A stretch of DNA of 63,000 bases, counting the filler, from Atractiella rhizophila (taxonomy: Eukaryota): NCBI GenBank assembly GCA_021432655.1. It is 25 parts of 25 records of this genome, joined end to end, with 100 filler letters (N's around TTAATTAATTAA, not from the genome) between each part and the next. Parts side by side here need not be neighbours in the genome. Positions count along the whole stretch, not along the records: positions 25,551 to 27,988 come from MU272689.1; positions 28,089 to 30,523 come from MU272690.1; positions 30,624 to 33,048 come from MU272691.1; positions 33,149 to 35,572 come from MU272692.1; positions 35,673 to 38,093 come from MU272693.1; 20 more parts are not named here. One strand, given 5' to 3'. Both the position numbers and the translations under genes were made by a program. Position 1 is the first letter of the stretch, and every line of letters starts with the position of its first letter. Of the stretch, positions 25,451-37,510 are shown in pieces. The notes under the pieces are model-generated. The model was not told where the DNA came from, did no database searches, and saw only the letters and a program-made list of their open reading frames with translations.

Positions 25451-27182
25451 NNNNNNNNNNNNNNNNNNNNNNNNNNNNNNNNNNNNNNNNNNNNTTAATT
25501 AATTAANNNNNNNNNNNNNNNNNNNNNNNNNNNNNNNNNNNNNNNNNNNNGCAAGCCTCACCCAGATTTACCCATCAACAGCTCTACCAATGAACCAATG
25601 GATATATGGGCTGTAATCGATCCAGTTCGAGCAGATACAACATACAAGGAACTTATCGAACTTTGGCTTCAAATTTGAAGATTTCCCACCTAGCAGGACA
25701 CATTCTACCTCTTCACGAATCATGCATTCACCTTTTAAGCGCTCAAGGTGTTCGTTTGTCACTTCCTCCAAACAATGCCACACCATTTCGATTATTCTGG
25801 AGAAAGCTGGATTCAATTTCCTTTCATCCATAGAAGCAAAGACAAATACCACAGCCAAATGAAGAAGTTGGTTCTTAAGAACGAATATCGTGCGGTCATG
25901 CTAATCTCTACTGACAATTGGTTACATCTATTCGAGCATGCAGCAGAGGAGGACACTATTCGCAATGAAGACCATCTATTTGACAATGATAGGAACATGG
26001 TTGGAAATAATGAGGATGAGATTAGAGATGGGATTGGAGACAGAAGGAGGAAGAGGGGGTTCTCACAGCTTTCTATCTCTCCAGGCACTCAGAGTCCACC
26101 AAGGAAGGTTATGAATAATTTCAAACCCTTTCCAGATCATTCTATTCCATCAAGCTCTCTGTCTAAATCAACATCTCCCCCCCTTCAGCTAGTTGATCAT
26201 TCCGATTCCAATGCACTACCTCCGCTTTCTCCGACCTTACTCCAATTTGAAGAGTGTAAACAGGGATCAGCTTTGGCTGCTGATGATCTCCTGCCACCTT
26301 GGTTATCTTATGGGGGCATCATGATCAGAATTATTCCGATCCAACCCATCAACATTAGAAGAACTATTGTGACAAGACTCATCTTCACCCTTTCTATCTA
26401 TGTTTTCCTTTACAACAGCATGATTGGTCATCTCGCAGCGTGAAGTGGGGCGAGGAGCTAGTCGGGTGGCTTTGGTAGGATTTGGATTTTGCACTTGGAA
26501 ATAGCAACGGGATAGAAGCTTCTTTCAGTGAGCGCGAAAGTAGTGTTGATTTTGCAGCTGGTCCGTTCTTTCTTGTCTTGTTTCGCTGTGGAATAGGTAT
26601 TAAAGGCATTGATTTAAGTGTGCTGTGACCAAACTTCGACTTTCTCACTCGTTCAAGCAACATCTCATCACGTACCCCAACCTCTCGACTATCTACCCCA
26701 TCCAGGGATTCACCAGAACCATCCCATCCTTCTCAACTCTGGAATCGTCATCTCAACCTCAAAACTGTAGAGGGTCAAGGTCGTTCACGCCTAGGCTCGC
26801 CGATAAAGCCTCGCCATAATCTAGCCCTTTCAGAGCCCCCAAATCTTCCGCAAATCTTGGCCAGTGTCATGACAACTGATCTTCTCACTTTCAGTCCTGT
26901 GTATCGACGAGCACATGATGAGAATATAGATCTGCAGACCAAGATTAGGGTTCTCAGGTCCGTTCTCCCATCCGCACTTATTAGTACACATTACGATGCA
27001 TATGCAATGGGCATGTTAGATCGCTACATGACAGCTTTAAAGATTACAATCACACACCACCTCCAGCTCAGCCACTGCCTCATCCTCATGAATCCTCCAA
27101 ATCGTCATTTAGCCTCCCGGAGCCATATCAATGCAGTTCTGATGCTACCGCGATTCCAAGATTCAACCAAGTCGATTTCCCC

Positions 27183-27632
27183 ATGATAACCTGCTGGACA
27201 AGTGCGGAATTCAAGGCTTGGAATGACGTTTGCAAGAAGCTCGGAAAGATGCGTGGAAAGGAACGACACAGGACTTCATTCAGGGTGAAGACGGCCAACC
27301 AATCTCGCCTATCCAAACTGAGCAGATCAGGGAATGGATTGGTACAGCCTGGAAAGGGTGCTTCGGTGCGAAAGCGAAGGGATCATCGGTTTCTTGGAAA
27401 GAACTATAGCCAAATAGACTCCACGTATACCAATCAACTCTTATGTGCATTCATCGAACGTTTCCCTCTCCTCGGCTATTGTGATGGTTATTTCAAAGCT
27501 CTCTATTTTCTCAATGCTGCAAGCTATAATAGGAAAAGGAGTATTGTACAGACGGAGAAGAAAGCACAGATCAAGACTGAACTGAAGGATGCCCAGCCCA
27601 TCTTGAAGAATACCGGATGTCCCCTGAAGTGA
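27183..27632 (+). pseudogene. Frameshifted hypothetical protein resembling a repeated basidiomycete family
   Basis: Switching frames gives GEDGQPISPIQTEQIREWIGTAW..VSWKE..RFPLLGYCDGYFKA, a pattern I associate with TE-linked hypothetical proteins. Not verified. Confidence 0.35.
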
Positions 27633-28088
27633 ATGCTAAAGAGAGGAAGACAAGCAAAAAGCGCAAGGAATCAGGAGATGGTGATATTTATTTGAGGAAG
27701 AAAAAGAAAGCGACTGCTGCCGAAAATAGTCCCTCTATAAAAGTGTGAGGTCTTCATTTGAGAGAGAACGCAGCTGATTGGTTATGTAGAGCTGAGAATC
27801 TCGATGTCGTGACAAACGTCCCCTCCCCAGATTGCACGAATCAGCAGCCTCAGCCTCCTCTCCAACCGTATACCTTCACCGAACCTCCCCTCTGCTCTCA
27901 AACGTGTGGCTCCCAATCTGTCACTTCTCCATCCACATTCATTCCTCCTGGAACTGAGTGTACTACGATTACTATGACAATGGAGGCGNNNNNNNNNNNN
28001 NNNNNNNNNNNNNNNNNNNNNNNNNNNNNNNNTTAATTAATTAANNNNNNNNNNNNNNNNNNNNNNNNNNNNNNNNNNNNNNNNNNNN

Positions 28089-29686
28089 AAATGCAAAGGA
28101 GCTCAATCCTGATGGACCATTGAAAGAGGTAGATGCAGACCTGAAGTTGATTCGACACTGTCCTACAAGATGGAATGGTAAAGATGACATGATTGAGAGG
28201 GCACTTAAAATGGAGCATGCTGTAATTCAGATTTGTGCTGATCCGACACTCAATCTGGAGGTCTGCAGGCTCACCGGAGCAGAATGGAAGATCCTGAAGG
28301 AAATGCGGCCGACTCTTTCCATAAGTATCTCTCTCCAGCCTTGCATAACTTGTTCTAACTTTCAAATAGATGGCGAAGAACCTCACTTTGGAATTTTCCA
28401 AGATGGACACACCAAACCTTGGAGAGGTTGTCGTTCTCTTTACCAACATTGCGATGTACCTCTCTCACATTTATGAGGAGTACCAAGACCCTGTCACAAA
28501 AGTGACAGTCAAACCAACGGCGCATAAAGCCATTCAAGCTGGCGCTCAGATTGCACACAAGGTTTTGGACAAGTACTATCTGAAATGTGCTGACCACTCG
28601 CACATCTACATTTGGGCTCTACGTATGTCACTTTGTCCATGATTCTTACTGACGGGGTTTGGTAGTACTTCACCCACAGCGGCGCATGAAGTATCTGAAG
28701 ATGATAAACTGGGACAAAGAATGGATGAATGATGCGGAGAAGACTCTCTATGACTTTTGGGATAGATATTACAAACCGGATGTTGCCGACGCTTCCAACG
28801 AGACCGTTGCTGTGTCCTATCAAGAGGTATTCATTTTCTGATTACAGGTGCAATGGTAACGCATAGGGAGTAGGATTTTGATACTCTGGCACAATATAAC
28901 CCTCAGCTTGCCGCTTCAGGCATAGAAAGTGCATCCAGTGGCGCTGAGAATCCTGTCAAGATCTTTATCCACGCCACAGCGGATCCATTACGACAAAAGA
29001 TCAATGGAATCTGGGTTTCGAAGAAATTGATCCGCATCGGTATCACTATCGACTGTTCAAGAAAGCCTCCGACAACATTGAGAAGAGCTTCCATCGATGT
29101 GCCATGGACATATGTGCAGTACCAGGCAAGTCTACTCAGATTCAAGTTCTTGAATGAGTTCCGGTTGGCTAACATGACCACCAGCACACACTGCTGACAT
29201 CGAACGCAGCTTCTCGGACGGAGGAGAAATTGCCACTTTCCTTCGGCTTTTGATGAAAGATGAGACCTTTCGCTCACAAACAATGTTGAGACTGTGGCAC
29301 GAGCAGAGCATGCTCCCTGGTGGACCTCAGCTTATAGCAATGCTGAAGAGCGAAACAGCCGATAAGGAGGAGAAAAGACCCAGAAAGAAACAGAAAGCCG
29401 GTGAGAAGAGCCATGAGAAGGAAGTGATATCGCTCTGAAAGCCTGAAGTATTATTTCGAGCACGAAGCACATCCTAGCAGCAATACATTGACATAAATTT
29501 CTCTCTACCTTTGATTCCTCCCCGTGCCTCCCCCGCGGGCTCCTTCACCTCCTCGTACGGTTCTTTCACGGGGGCTACGGAGACCCCGTCTAAGGAGACG
29601 AGGACAGATGGCGGTTTGGGTTTGCGGACCTGAAAACCGCACGGTTACCCCCGTGTCCCCCCGCGCGGGACCATGTCGATGCCTTA
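28089..29686 (+). mobile_element. hAT transposon, 3' half: transposase to 29438 and right TIR at 29670-29686
   Basis: LIRHCPTRWN, EWKIL, KVLDKYY, LHPQRRMKY and AMDICAVPA..DIERSFS (hAT dimerisation region). GC-rich subterminal region ends in ACCATGTCGATGCCTTA. Confidence 0.9.
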
Positions 29687-30623
29687 GTTCCCTTCACTCC
29701 TTCCGACGACGCCCCCTCCACCTTCCTCCCGTTCGCCGACAACTGGGGTCTGTTTTTCTCACTGTATTTGTAATGGTTAGAGAGTGACGGAGAGGGATTT
29801 AATGATTGTAGTTGTTGCATGGCTTTCATCAATGAGCTTTTGGAGGGTATGTCAGTCTTTGGTGTTGGATTTTCAAACAGAGGCTGCACGCCGCATATCA
29901 GATAGATTCTGTATCTCAGATCTTGCTGTCTTTAAGATAATATTATATTACTCTGTATCCTCCTCCAAGCGGCTGTCTACAATGTAGGTCCAAGGATTCT
30001 TCTTGAGAACATAAAGTTTGGACGGAGAGGTGGCCGGTTGGATGATGCCAATCAAGTCTTTGACTGCGCTGCAGGCTTCGTCCCACCTTCCCAAAAGAGT
30101 CTCTCCTGGGAGAGTTTGTGCAACAGAAATACTACGGCTGACAACAATGTGTGTTGCGCTGGAAACCGCTAGATTGGCGGGCAATCTTATGTATATTATT
30201 GCCTCGGCATATCCTTCCCTCCCACCATATTCATACTTTCCATAAATCAGTCAAGCTATGGGAGACAATAGATCGCATGACTTACAACGAAGCGACGCGC
30301 TCGCCTTATAGCATTACGTTGCCGACTTTCATTTTCCAATGAGCGAACCACTGTTCCGTCTGCAAGATGCATCTTCCCCGACTTCTCTGATTGAGAATAT
30401 ATCCTAGCAACGTCTTCCCATAACGGATGTAAGGTAAGACTGAAGTGCGGTTAAGATGCCGCTTTCAAGAGCAGAATTAAACGTCCTAGACCGTGATTTG
30501 ATGGAAAAAGTGTTTCTTCTTTTNNNNNNNNNNNNNNNNNNNNNNNNNNNNNNNNNNNNNNNNNNNNTTAATTAATTAANNNNNNNNNNNNNNNNNNNNN
30601 NNNNNNNNNNNNNNNNNNNNNNN

Positions 30624-31732
30624 TTGACGACATCTCATGCCCACGAGCCAAACTCTCATTCTAACCTTGCAACTGGCGCGCCATTGCGCGATCCGTCAGA
30701 CTATGCCTCGTCTCCTCATCCCGGTGCCGGTCGAGATGCTGATACTCCAATTTCTCCAGCGCCGTCCACTAATCCAGATGTGACTTTCAGCGTCAGCACC
30801 ATTATTCCAGGATTTCTCTATCTTGGTCCAGAACCCACGTGCATGCCCGATGTCAATGTGCTTAAAGATCTGGGTGTAAAGAGAATCCTCAACATGGCAC
30901 TCGAATGTCCGATATTGCCGCAGGAATGGCGGGATGCGGGAGGGATCAAAGAGTATAAGAGGATTGGGATGAAAGATTTTGTGGAGGAAGTCGGCGTACA
31001 AGGTCGCATGGATGAAGCTTGTAAGCTCATGGGTGCGTTTTCTCTGCTCGACATCTCTGTTGAGGCTGATTGACGGTATTGTCGTGATAGACGATGCACA
31101 GCTAAGGGATGAGCCGGTTTACGTGCATTGCAAAGCGGGAAGGAGTAGAAGTGTAACGATGGTGCTTGCCTTCCTGATACATCGGTAAGTTGCCATCGAA
31201 TCTTCCGTTACAGCTGACGATCTTCATTTTTTTTGCGACAGGAATAACTGGCCTCTTAAGAAAGCATACGCGCACGTCAGTGAGCGAAGACCTGGCATTT
31301 CTCCGAGTCCGTTTCTGTCATTTTGTCTCGCTGAATTCTCTGACCTCCGCCTTATCAGACATCGGTTTCGTCTCCGAGCTCATGAAATTTGAAGAGCGTA
31401 CAATTTCGTCGACGCGTCAGACGATCGAGAATGTGGCCTCCACCTACCACGCAACTAATCCAGATCTGAAGGCACCAGAGCGTCCACCGTTCAATGCATT
31501 CTACTCTGCTCCTCTTCCACGCACCCAGAGGGACAGTATGCCTCCTCCAGCTAGTTCATCACTTAAACCAGGGCCTGGCTGGAGGGGAGAGATGAGGAAG
31601 GGCGATGGAAGCTGGGCTGTAGAGGGACGGGATATGGACCTGCCTCGACGGTATGTACTCTCTCGTCCACCATTCCCATCTGACACTTGTTGATCTAGTG
31701 CAAGTAAAGCTGGTCTGGAGAGTAGTTTTTGA
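30624..31732 (+). CDS. Dual-specificity (MAP kinase type) protein phosphatase, 5' partial
   Basis: STIIPGFLYLG, catalytic VYVHCKAGRSRS and AYAHVSERRPGISPN|IGFVSELMKFE. Confidence 0.92.
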
Positions 31733-32104
31733 AGGAGCAAGAAAAGTTAGTTTTAAGCCGTCTGTAATTCTTGCCAAATCCTGGACTCTTTCAGTTTGAA
31801 TCTGTGCTTTGTCAACGTTCAAGATCCAACATCCAACATGTGCTATGTCTACTTCCATTACCAGTCATCTGAATTCTACGATGTTTACCATACAGAGATT
31901 CGTGTTGGTCGTGATAACCTGAATGCTGAATGCTCTGCAGAAAGCTGAAATCGAAAACCATGACTCATTCACAGAGTTCCAACCCATCCTGAACTCTCCT
32001 GACCATCTCGTTCTCCCCTCGCCAATGTTAGGAGTTCGAAAATAAGGAGATTTAATCGAAGCTGTCGCGCAGCTGTTGGAGAAAGAAAACTTGGGTACAG
32101 CAGG

Positions 32105-33048
32105 ATGGATGAACTCATTCAATATTGCTTGGATGAGTTGGCGATGAGCGGTGTTCAGGGTGGGTACTCCCATTGTCTCGTCAAGATAGATTCTTGAATG
32201 TCCAGCCCTTGAAACATTTTTATTTGTTGTTGAGCTGAGAGAGAGAGAAGTCGAGGAGATGTGGGAGGTGGGAGGAAGGAAGCGTTCGAGTCCCCCTTCT
32301 GACCAGTTTCTTATCTGGTCTTAGTGGAGCACATTATATAGAAAAATTTTCTTACATATTGACTCTTACACATTGACAACAACTTGAAGCTAGATTTTCA
32401 GTCCAAGAAGCTCTTGATAAAAGTCAAAACTATCTTCGTTTGAAAACAAGTGATTCATATTGCTTAACCTTCCTCTGTCAGGCTGCTCCCTATCTGAACT
32501 CTCTAATTTCATTTCCCAATACTACAATACGGTAAATACATCCTACCCACAAATCGTCGACGGTCGATTCTCCAACCTGATATGGAAGCACCTAATCGAC
32601 TGCACGGAGACAAGAGTATGGGCTTTAATACCCTCAGAACGAGAAGGGCAGGTTGGATTGGAAGGTATTGAAGGACGTGCCAACAGCGAAGACGTTGTCG
32701 ATTCGAACTCTTCCAACTTACAGAAGGTTCAAACAAAATTTCTCGGCGAGGAGGAGAAGCTGCTTAGACGAGAAGAGTTAGGGAAGCGGTATGGAGATGA
32801 GAATCTGAGGCTTGGGGTCAATGAGGAGTTGATATGGATTGCGTTGACAGGAACACATTCAAGGGTTTGCTGTTCCGTTCTTCCGCCTCTTCAGCCGGGG
32901 AAATGACAATGGCAGCCCTCGAGTATCACACCTCCCGTTTATCAAGTCCTTCAAATGGTTGCAATGAATCGAGAGAACGGATTAACTATTGTTGAACTCG
33001 GACGGTTGATGCAGAAGGATCAGAAGTCCATGTTCCACATCGTTCGAG
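32105..33048 (+). CDS. TFIIIC B-block-binding largest subunit (Tfc3/Sfc3-like), 5' part
   Basis: MDELIQYCLDELAMSGVQG|CSLSEL..LIWIALTGTHSR|PSSITPPVYQVLQMVAMNRENGLTIVELGRLMQKDQKSMFHIV resembles the N-terminus and first winged helix of this family. Confidence 0.78.
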
Positions 33049-33148
33049 NNNNNNNNNNNNNNNNNNNNNNNNNNNNNNNNNNNNNNNNNNNNTTAATTAA
33101 TTAANNNNNNNNNNNNNNNNNNNNNNNNNNNNNNNNNNNNNNNNNNNN

Positions 33149-33378
33149 AACAAGATGGCGCTCATAGAGCTGAAAGCCATGGTTCTGCATTTGGTGGGCA
33201 AGTACGAATACGAGCTGGTGTCTCCGGATCAGTACGCCCCACCTTTCTCCTTTCGGAGTCTCTGACCTGAGATACTTTCAGGGTTATCACCCCCACATCG
33301 GCGGTGACAATGAAGCCGAAAGAGGGACTTCATTTACGAGTGAGGAAGACAAAGTTGGCAGCAAACCTGGTGTCATAG
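33149..33378 (+). CDS. Cytochrome P450, C-terminal tail
   Basis: NKMALIELKAMVLHLVGKYEYE..AVTMKPKEGLHLRVRK, the segment just after the heme cysteine. Confidence 0.75.
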
Positions 33379-33802
33379 TGTAGGACTATTTTGTATTGTT
33401 TCTTCTTCTATTCGAGCACAGTGGATTAGTGTACATGAGTTCCTTGTAGACTGGGCAGCAATAATCATTCAACATTTACAGAGAATAAATGCATCTCCCA
33501 ACTTGAACGAGCTGGGTTCTCAAACAGAGTTCTCGAAGATAACAATTCCACGACACTGTACAATGACACCTGCACTCTATCGCCTGGATGGAAGGTCGTG
33601 TGGACAAGAAAGGTCAATTGCTTCTAGTGTTCAGAGTTGCAGCTACTAGAACGGGTTAGGCTCAACCAATTCAGGAATTGTTGTCACTTTCACTTTCTTT
33701 CTTCGTGTCGATGAGTTGCCTCAAGGGAGGCAATCACGGAGGCTGAATCGCCGAACAATCAAGTGCAGAGCCAAAGAGAACCTATGTTCTCACACATGTA
33801 AC

Positions 33803-35094
33803 ATGTCCATCACCATTGCGAATCTACTCGACAACGCGATACTTCCTGCCGGTACTCAACTCGTGGATGTAACCGACCCAACCAGCTCTACGAGAGAATA
33901 TTTCAGGTCAACCTATGCCAAGCATAGACCCTATCACCTCCGCTATCAACCAAACTTCCTTGAGAACATTTGCCAGGCAACTGACACAACCCTGGGTTCT
34001 AAGCAGGCATCAGAGCAGCTACCATCTGAAATCCAGTTTCTTCTCCGCCTCATTGTCGATAGTCCTGTCGGAGACGAGACCATCGCTAATACAAACGTTT
34101 TCGCCCTCTGGTTCGCTGCTGTAAAGATAGCGCACAAAGATGCAACGTCGCTGGGCCTAGAATATGAACGAGATCCTACCAGCCTCAGTGCCCGAAGTGA
34201 CGGCCAGTTCACTGTCAACAAGAGAACAAAAGTCCAAGTCGAGCTCAAAGGCACGAACATCTACACCACCTTGGGGTGAGGAAATTGTCGCAATGGGGAA
34301 GGGCGAAAATGGGATGGGGACTGAGTTGTACTCTGAAGGCGACGGAAGGGAAGAAGGAGCACGATCCACCATCACCAAAGTACGTGCACTTCATCCTTCT
34401 GTTACTTTCTCATTATCCCCAAGCTCGGGAAAAGGATGTCAACAAACGACGCACCTTTCGGCCTACTCTTCAGTGGAAAATCCTTCATCTTTTTCCAACG
34501 AGTCACTGCGTTCGATCGAATTTACCTATTGTGTTCCGATCAGTATGATGTCGTTGGTCATCGAGTTATCAAGACTATGGTTGGAATGTGTTTAGAGCCT
34601 GTTTGGCAACTCCCAAATTCGAAATCCTGGCTGGGGTGAATTGGACGTGAATTGGACCCTAATCAGGCAATTCAGCGTACCGTTTGGCGGCCATAAAATT
34701 GCAATTCTCTAATCTGTGAATTGCAATTCACCCCAGCCAAGATTTCAAAAATCGAAATCGAGCTCCAGAGCTGTATTTCGATCTTAAATTTCCTGAATTC
34801 GTTGCCGGGAGATGAAACGGACACCTCTCGGTCCTGTCCATGACCGGGAATATATTGAAACACCAAAAAAATGCGGGTGAGGACTCAGTTGCGGCATGCT
34901 CACGGCCAAGCGAATGCAAGCAAATTTTCCAAATCAGAATTGCGTTTGGCAACAGCTTGAATTCAAATTCTCAATTCAGGAAGCTGCTTGAATTGGATTC
35001 CCAATTCAGGCAATTCACAAAATTCGAACTCAGGCTGAATTGGCAGCCAAACGGGCTCTTAGACAATTTGGATCTCCCTCAAGTCTCCAGTCAC
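33803..35094 (+). pseudogene. Hypothetical gene disrupted by a frameshift, a MITE and a hAT insertion
   Basis: ORF MSITIANLLD..SDGQF..VQVELK..PFGLLFSGKSFIFF..GMCL; the frame continues as DNLDLPQVSSH once the MITE is removed, then meets the hAT TIR. Confidence 0.55.
34595..35058. mobile_element. PIF/Harbinger (Tourist-like) MITE, 464 bp
   Basis: TIRs GAGCCTGTTTGGC ... GCCAAACGGGCTC, 3-bp TTA duplication (34592-34594 and 35059-35061), and many internal GAATT/AATTC motifs. Confidence 0.88.
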
Positions 35095-35572
35095 TAAGGC
35101 ATCGACACGGTTTTGACTATCGCGAAGACCGTGCTCCCCGCCCGCGATCGTACCTCGTACGGGTGTCCCCACGGGGCAGCTGTGTCCCCGTGAGACGGGG
35201 ACGGTGCGAGTGATGGTCTTGAGTTGTGAGCAAGATGGCAACCGCGGTCAACCGTGGGGATCGACAAGGGTACGAGTTTATGGGTGGAGGTACAGTGCGG
35301 GAAGACAACCACGAATTTACGAGGGTAGCAAGGATTGGTGGTTCTTAGAGCATGATGTTATATAGTATGGTCAAATTTTTTTGCAACATTGTCCGTCCAT
35401 CCTTGCGCTCTCAACATGTCCCCTCCTCTCGCTCTCTGCCAACAGCCTGTCACCCATTCAAATGATGTTGTAGACCTCACCAGCCCAGACACCTCTGCCG
35501 TCGAAAAGCGGTCACGTTTGCACTCTGACTCTGAGAATGATGAAAGTGGCGATGATGCTGAGGCAGCTGGCT
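35095..35572 (+). mobile_element. hAT transposon left end and probable start of its transposase gene
   Basis: Begins TAAGGCATCGACACGGT, matching the reverse complement of the TIR at 29670-29686 at 16 of 17 positions. GC-rich subterminal region, then an ORF running off the contig. Confidence 0.8.
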
Positions 35573-35672
35573 NNNNNNNNNNNNNNNNNNNNNNNNNNNN
35601 NNNNNNNNNNNNNNNNTTAATTAATTAANNNNNNNNNNNNNNNNNNNNNNNNNNNNNNNNNNNNNNNNNNNN

Positions 35673-36134
35673 CGTTTCGAGGAGGCGAAGGAGCTGTACC
35701 AGGTGGTAGAAGATCGGCAGGGGCAAGCCCACTGCATTCGCAGCATCGGGAAGATCCAGCAGCATCGGGGTCAGATGGAGGAAGCACTCAGCCGTTTCGA
35801 GGAGGCGAAGGAGCTGTATCTGCTCGCTCAAGACCTAGGAGGTCAACTTAATTGTCTTTTCAATATCAGCGAGCTTTACAGTGGGGACTCCCAGAGCGTG
35901 TTCAAAGCAATCGAGTTTCTTGCGGAAGCAGTCAATTTGAGCACAGCAGCTAGCGGCTACTACGAAGCTCGGAGTAGATGGAGGCTGGCCCGACTCCTCG
36001 TCCTATCGTGCCAATACGACCTGGCCAGGGAGGAAATCATTCAGGCGCGTCAGCTCTTCACAGATTGTTTTGCCACTTCCGACGTGGACCAGTGTAACAA
36101 TGTGCTCCTCATGCTTGGCGGTCCAAAAGATTGA
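35673..36134 (+). CDS. C-terminal TPR repeats, probably from an NB-ARC/NACHT-TPR (NLR-like) protein
   Basis: RFEEAKELY recurs at 40-aa spacing; the pattern GQAHCIRSIGKI..EEALSRFEEA is TPR-like. Confidence 0.75.
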   Translation, partial: RFEEAKELYQVVEDRQGQAHCIRSIGKIQQHRGQMEEALSRFEEAKELYLLAQDLGGQLNCLFNISELYSGDSQSVFKAIEFLAEAVNLSTAASGYYEARSRWRLARLLVLSCQYDLAREEIIQARQLFTDCFATSDVDQCNNVLLMLGGPKD

Positions 36135-36410
36135 CCACGACGCATTGGTCGAAATGGTTTTGGTACGTTCCGTTCTCTTATTGCCTTGTGCATGCTGACT
36201 TCCCTCACAGGATTATAACATTGTGCATAGGCGTGTTATCATTTATCATAAAATGGAGGACGTAATATTTCCACACAATGCCTCAATATAAAGTCCAGAT
36301 GGGTTATCCCATAGCGTTGAACCAGATTTTGATGGGATCAGCTTTCGGAATGAAACGACAGCCCGACACGTCCAACCACGAAAGACCTTAATATCGACCA
36401 CGCCACACCG

Positions 36411-37510
36411 TCACTCCCACTCCATCAACTTCGCCATTGACACCTGGCTGCCTCCATAAACAACGACAAATCCCTGTGCTCTATCCTTCGGCAGATCCTT
36501 GAATATTCTCTTCAAGAGTTCCGGCGCTCCGTCCGCATAGAAAGGTGCGAGAGCTGCGACGGCGGGATCAACGAGGATTTGATGGCTATTCATCGATGCC
36601 CATAAGCATCAGACGATTTTGGCGATGAAAGCAAGAAGGTAGGAAGACGAACCAGCAAAGCTTTCAATCCTGTCGACAACCCTTACGTCCACTACCACAC
36701 TCATTACGCCTCCTTTGTGAGTAAGGTAATGCCTTATACATTCTTTCTAGACGGTCATTGCGCCTAGCGAGCCGGCGATGGAGGCTATTGCTTCCACTTC
36801 GGATTGGCGCACTGTGGTCCGCGTATGAGGCAAGGAGGGAAGCGTGGAGCGATGCCGCTCCTCTCGTTTCAATAGCAGGGACTGGTAGTGCTCCATTTGG
36901 TTGAACGAATCAGCTCTGGAACTTTGTACTACGCAGAATAAGAAATGGAAGCGCACTGTGTCCCAAACCTACTTCTTCAAGTCCCGTAATCACCTCTGAG
37001 CAATCAACCACCTCCAGCAGTGACAAGTATTCCATCCGACTTGAAGCCCATTTTTCCCATTTGGTCTTTCATTTCCCGCGCCTGACTCGCATTGCCCTGT
37101 ATCACAACCTCGGGGTTGAAAGGCAACACATACACCGCTCGCTCTCCATCCCCATCCGCTCTCCTCTCTTCAAACAATCGTTTTTGGCGAGTTCGTTGCT
37201 CGGATCGTAACTGGCTACGTGTTGCTCAAGTCGACAGTCGTGATTGGAGAGGATCCGACAAGTTGAAGATGGGAGGAGATGGACAATGGAGTGGTGACGG
37301 GAACGATGGTGGTTGATAGTCTGAGTGCACGGGTTGGAGGCGCAGGCAAGAGCGTTTGTCGGAGGAAGGAGTGTTTTGATGTTTGGATACGTTGCGTTGT
37401 GAGCGGATACAGTGGTCGATGCCGCAACGTCTCGCCGAGTTGCAACGGAGGAAATTTAAAAGGAGCGAAGCCAGGTATTGGGGGCGGAGGGCATGACTCA
37501 AACCTGAAGC
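36411..37510 (-). pseudogene. Degenerate PLP-dependent serine/threonine dehydratase-like (PALP, CHA1-like) gene
   Basis: PFNPEVVIQGNASQAREM..DGILVTAGGG, IASIAGSLGA, HQILVDPA and VVVYGGSQVSMAKL are collinear with Cha1-type enzymes but need several frame changes. Confidence 0.6.

Noticed and set aside
32220..32306. tRNA gene ending TTCGAGTCCCCCTTCTGACCA
   Set aside because: The T-stem does not pair and there is no D arm, anticodon arm or A-box; kept only as a B-box-like motif.
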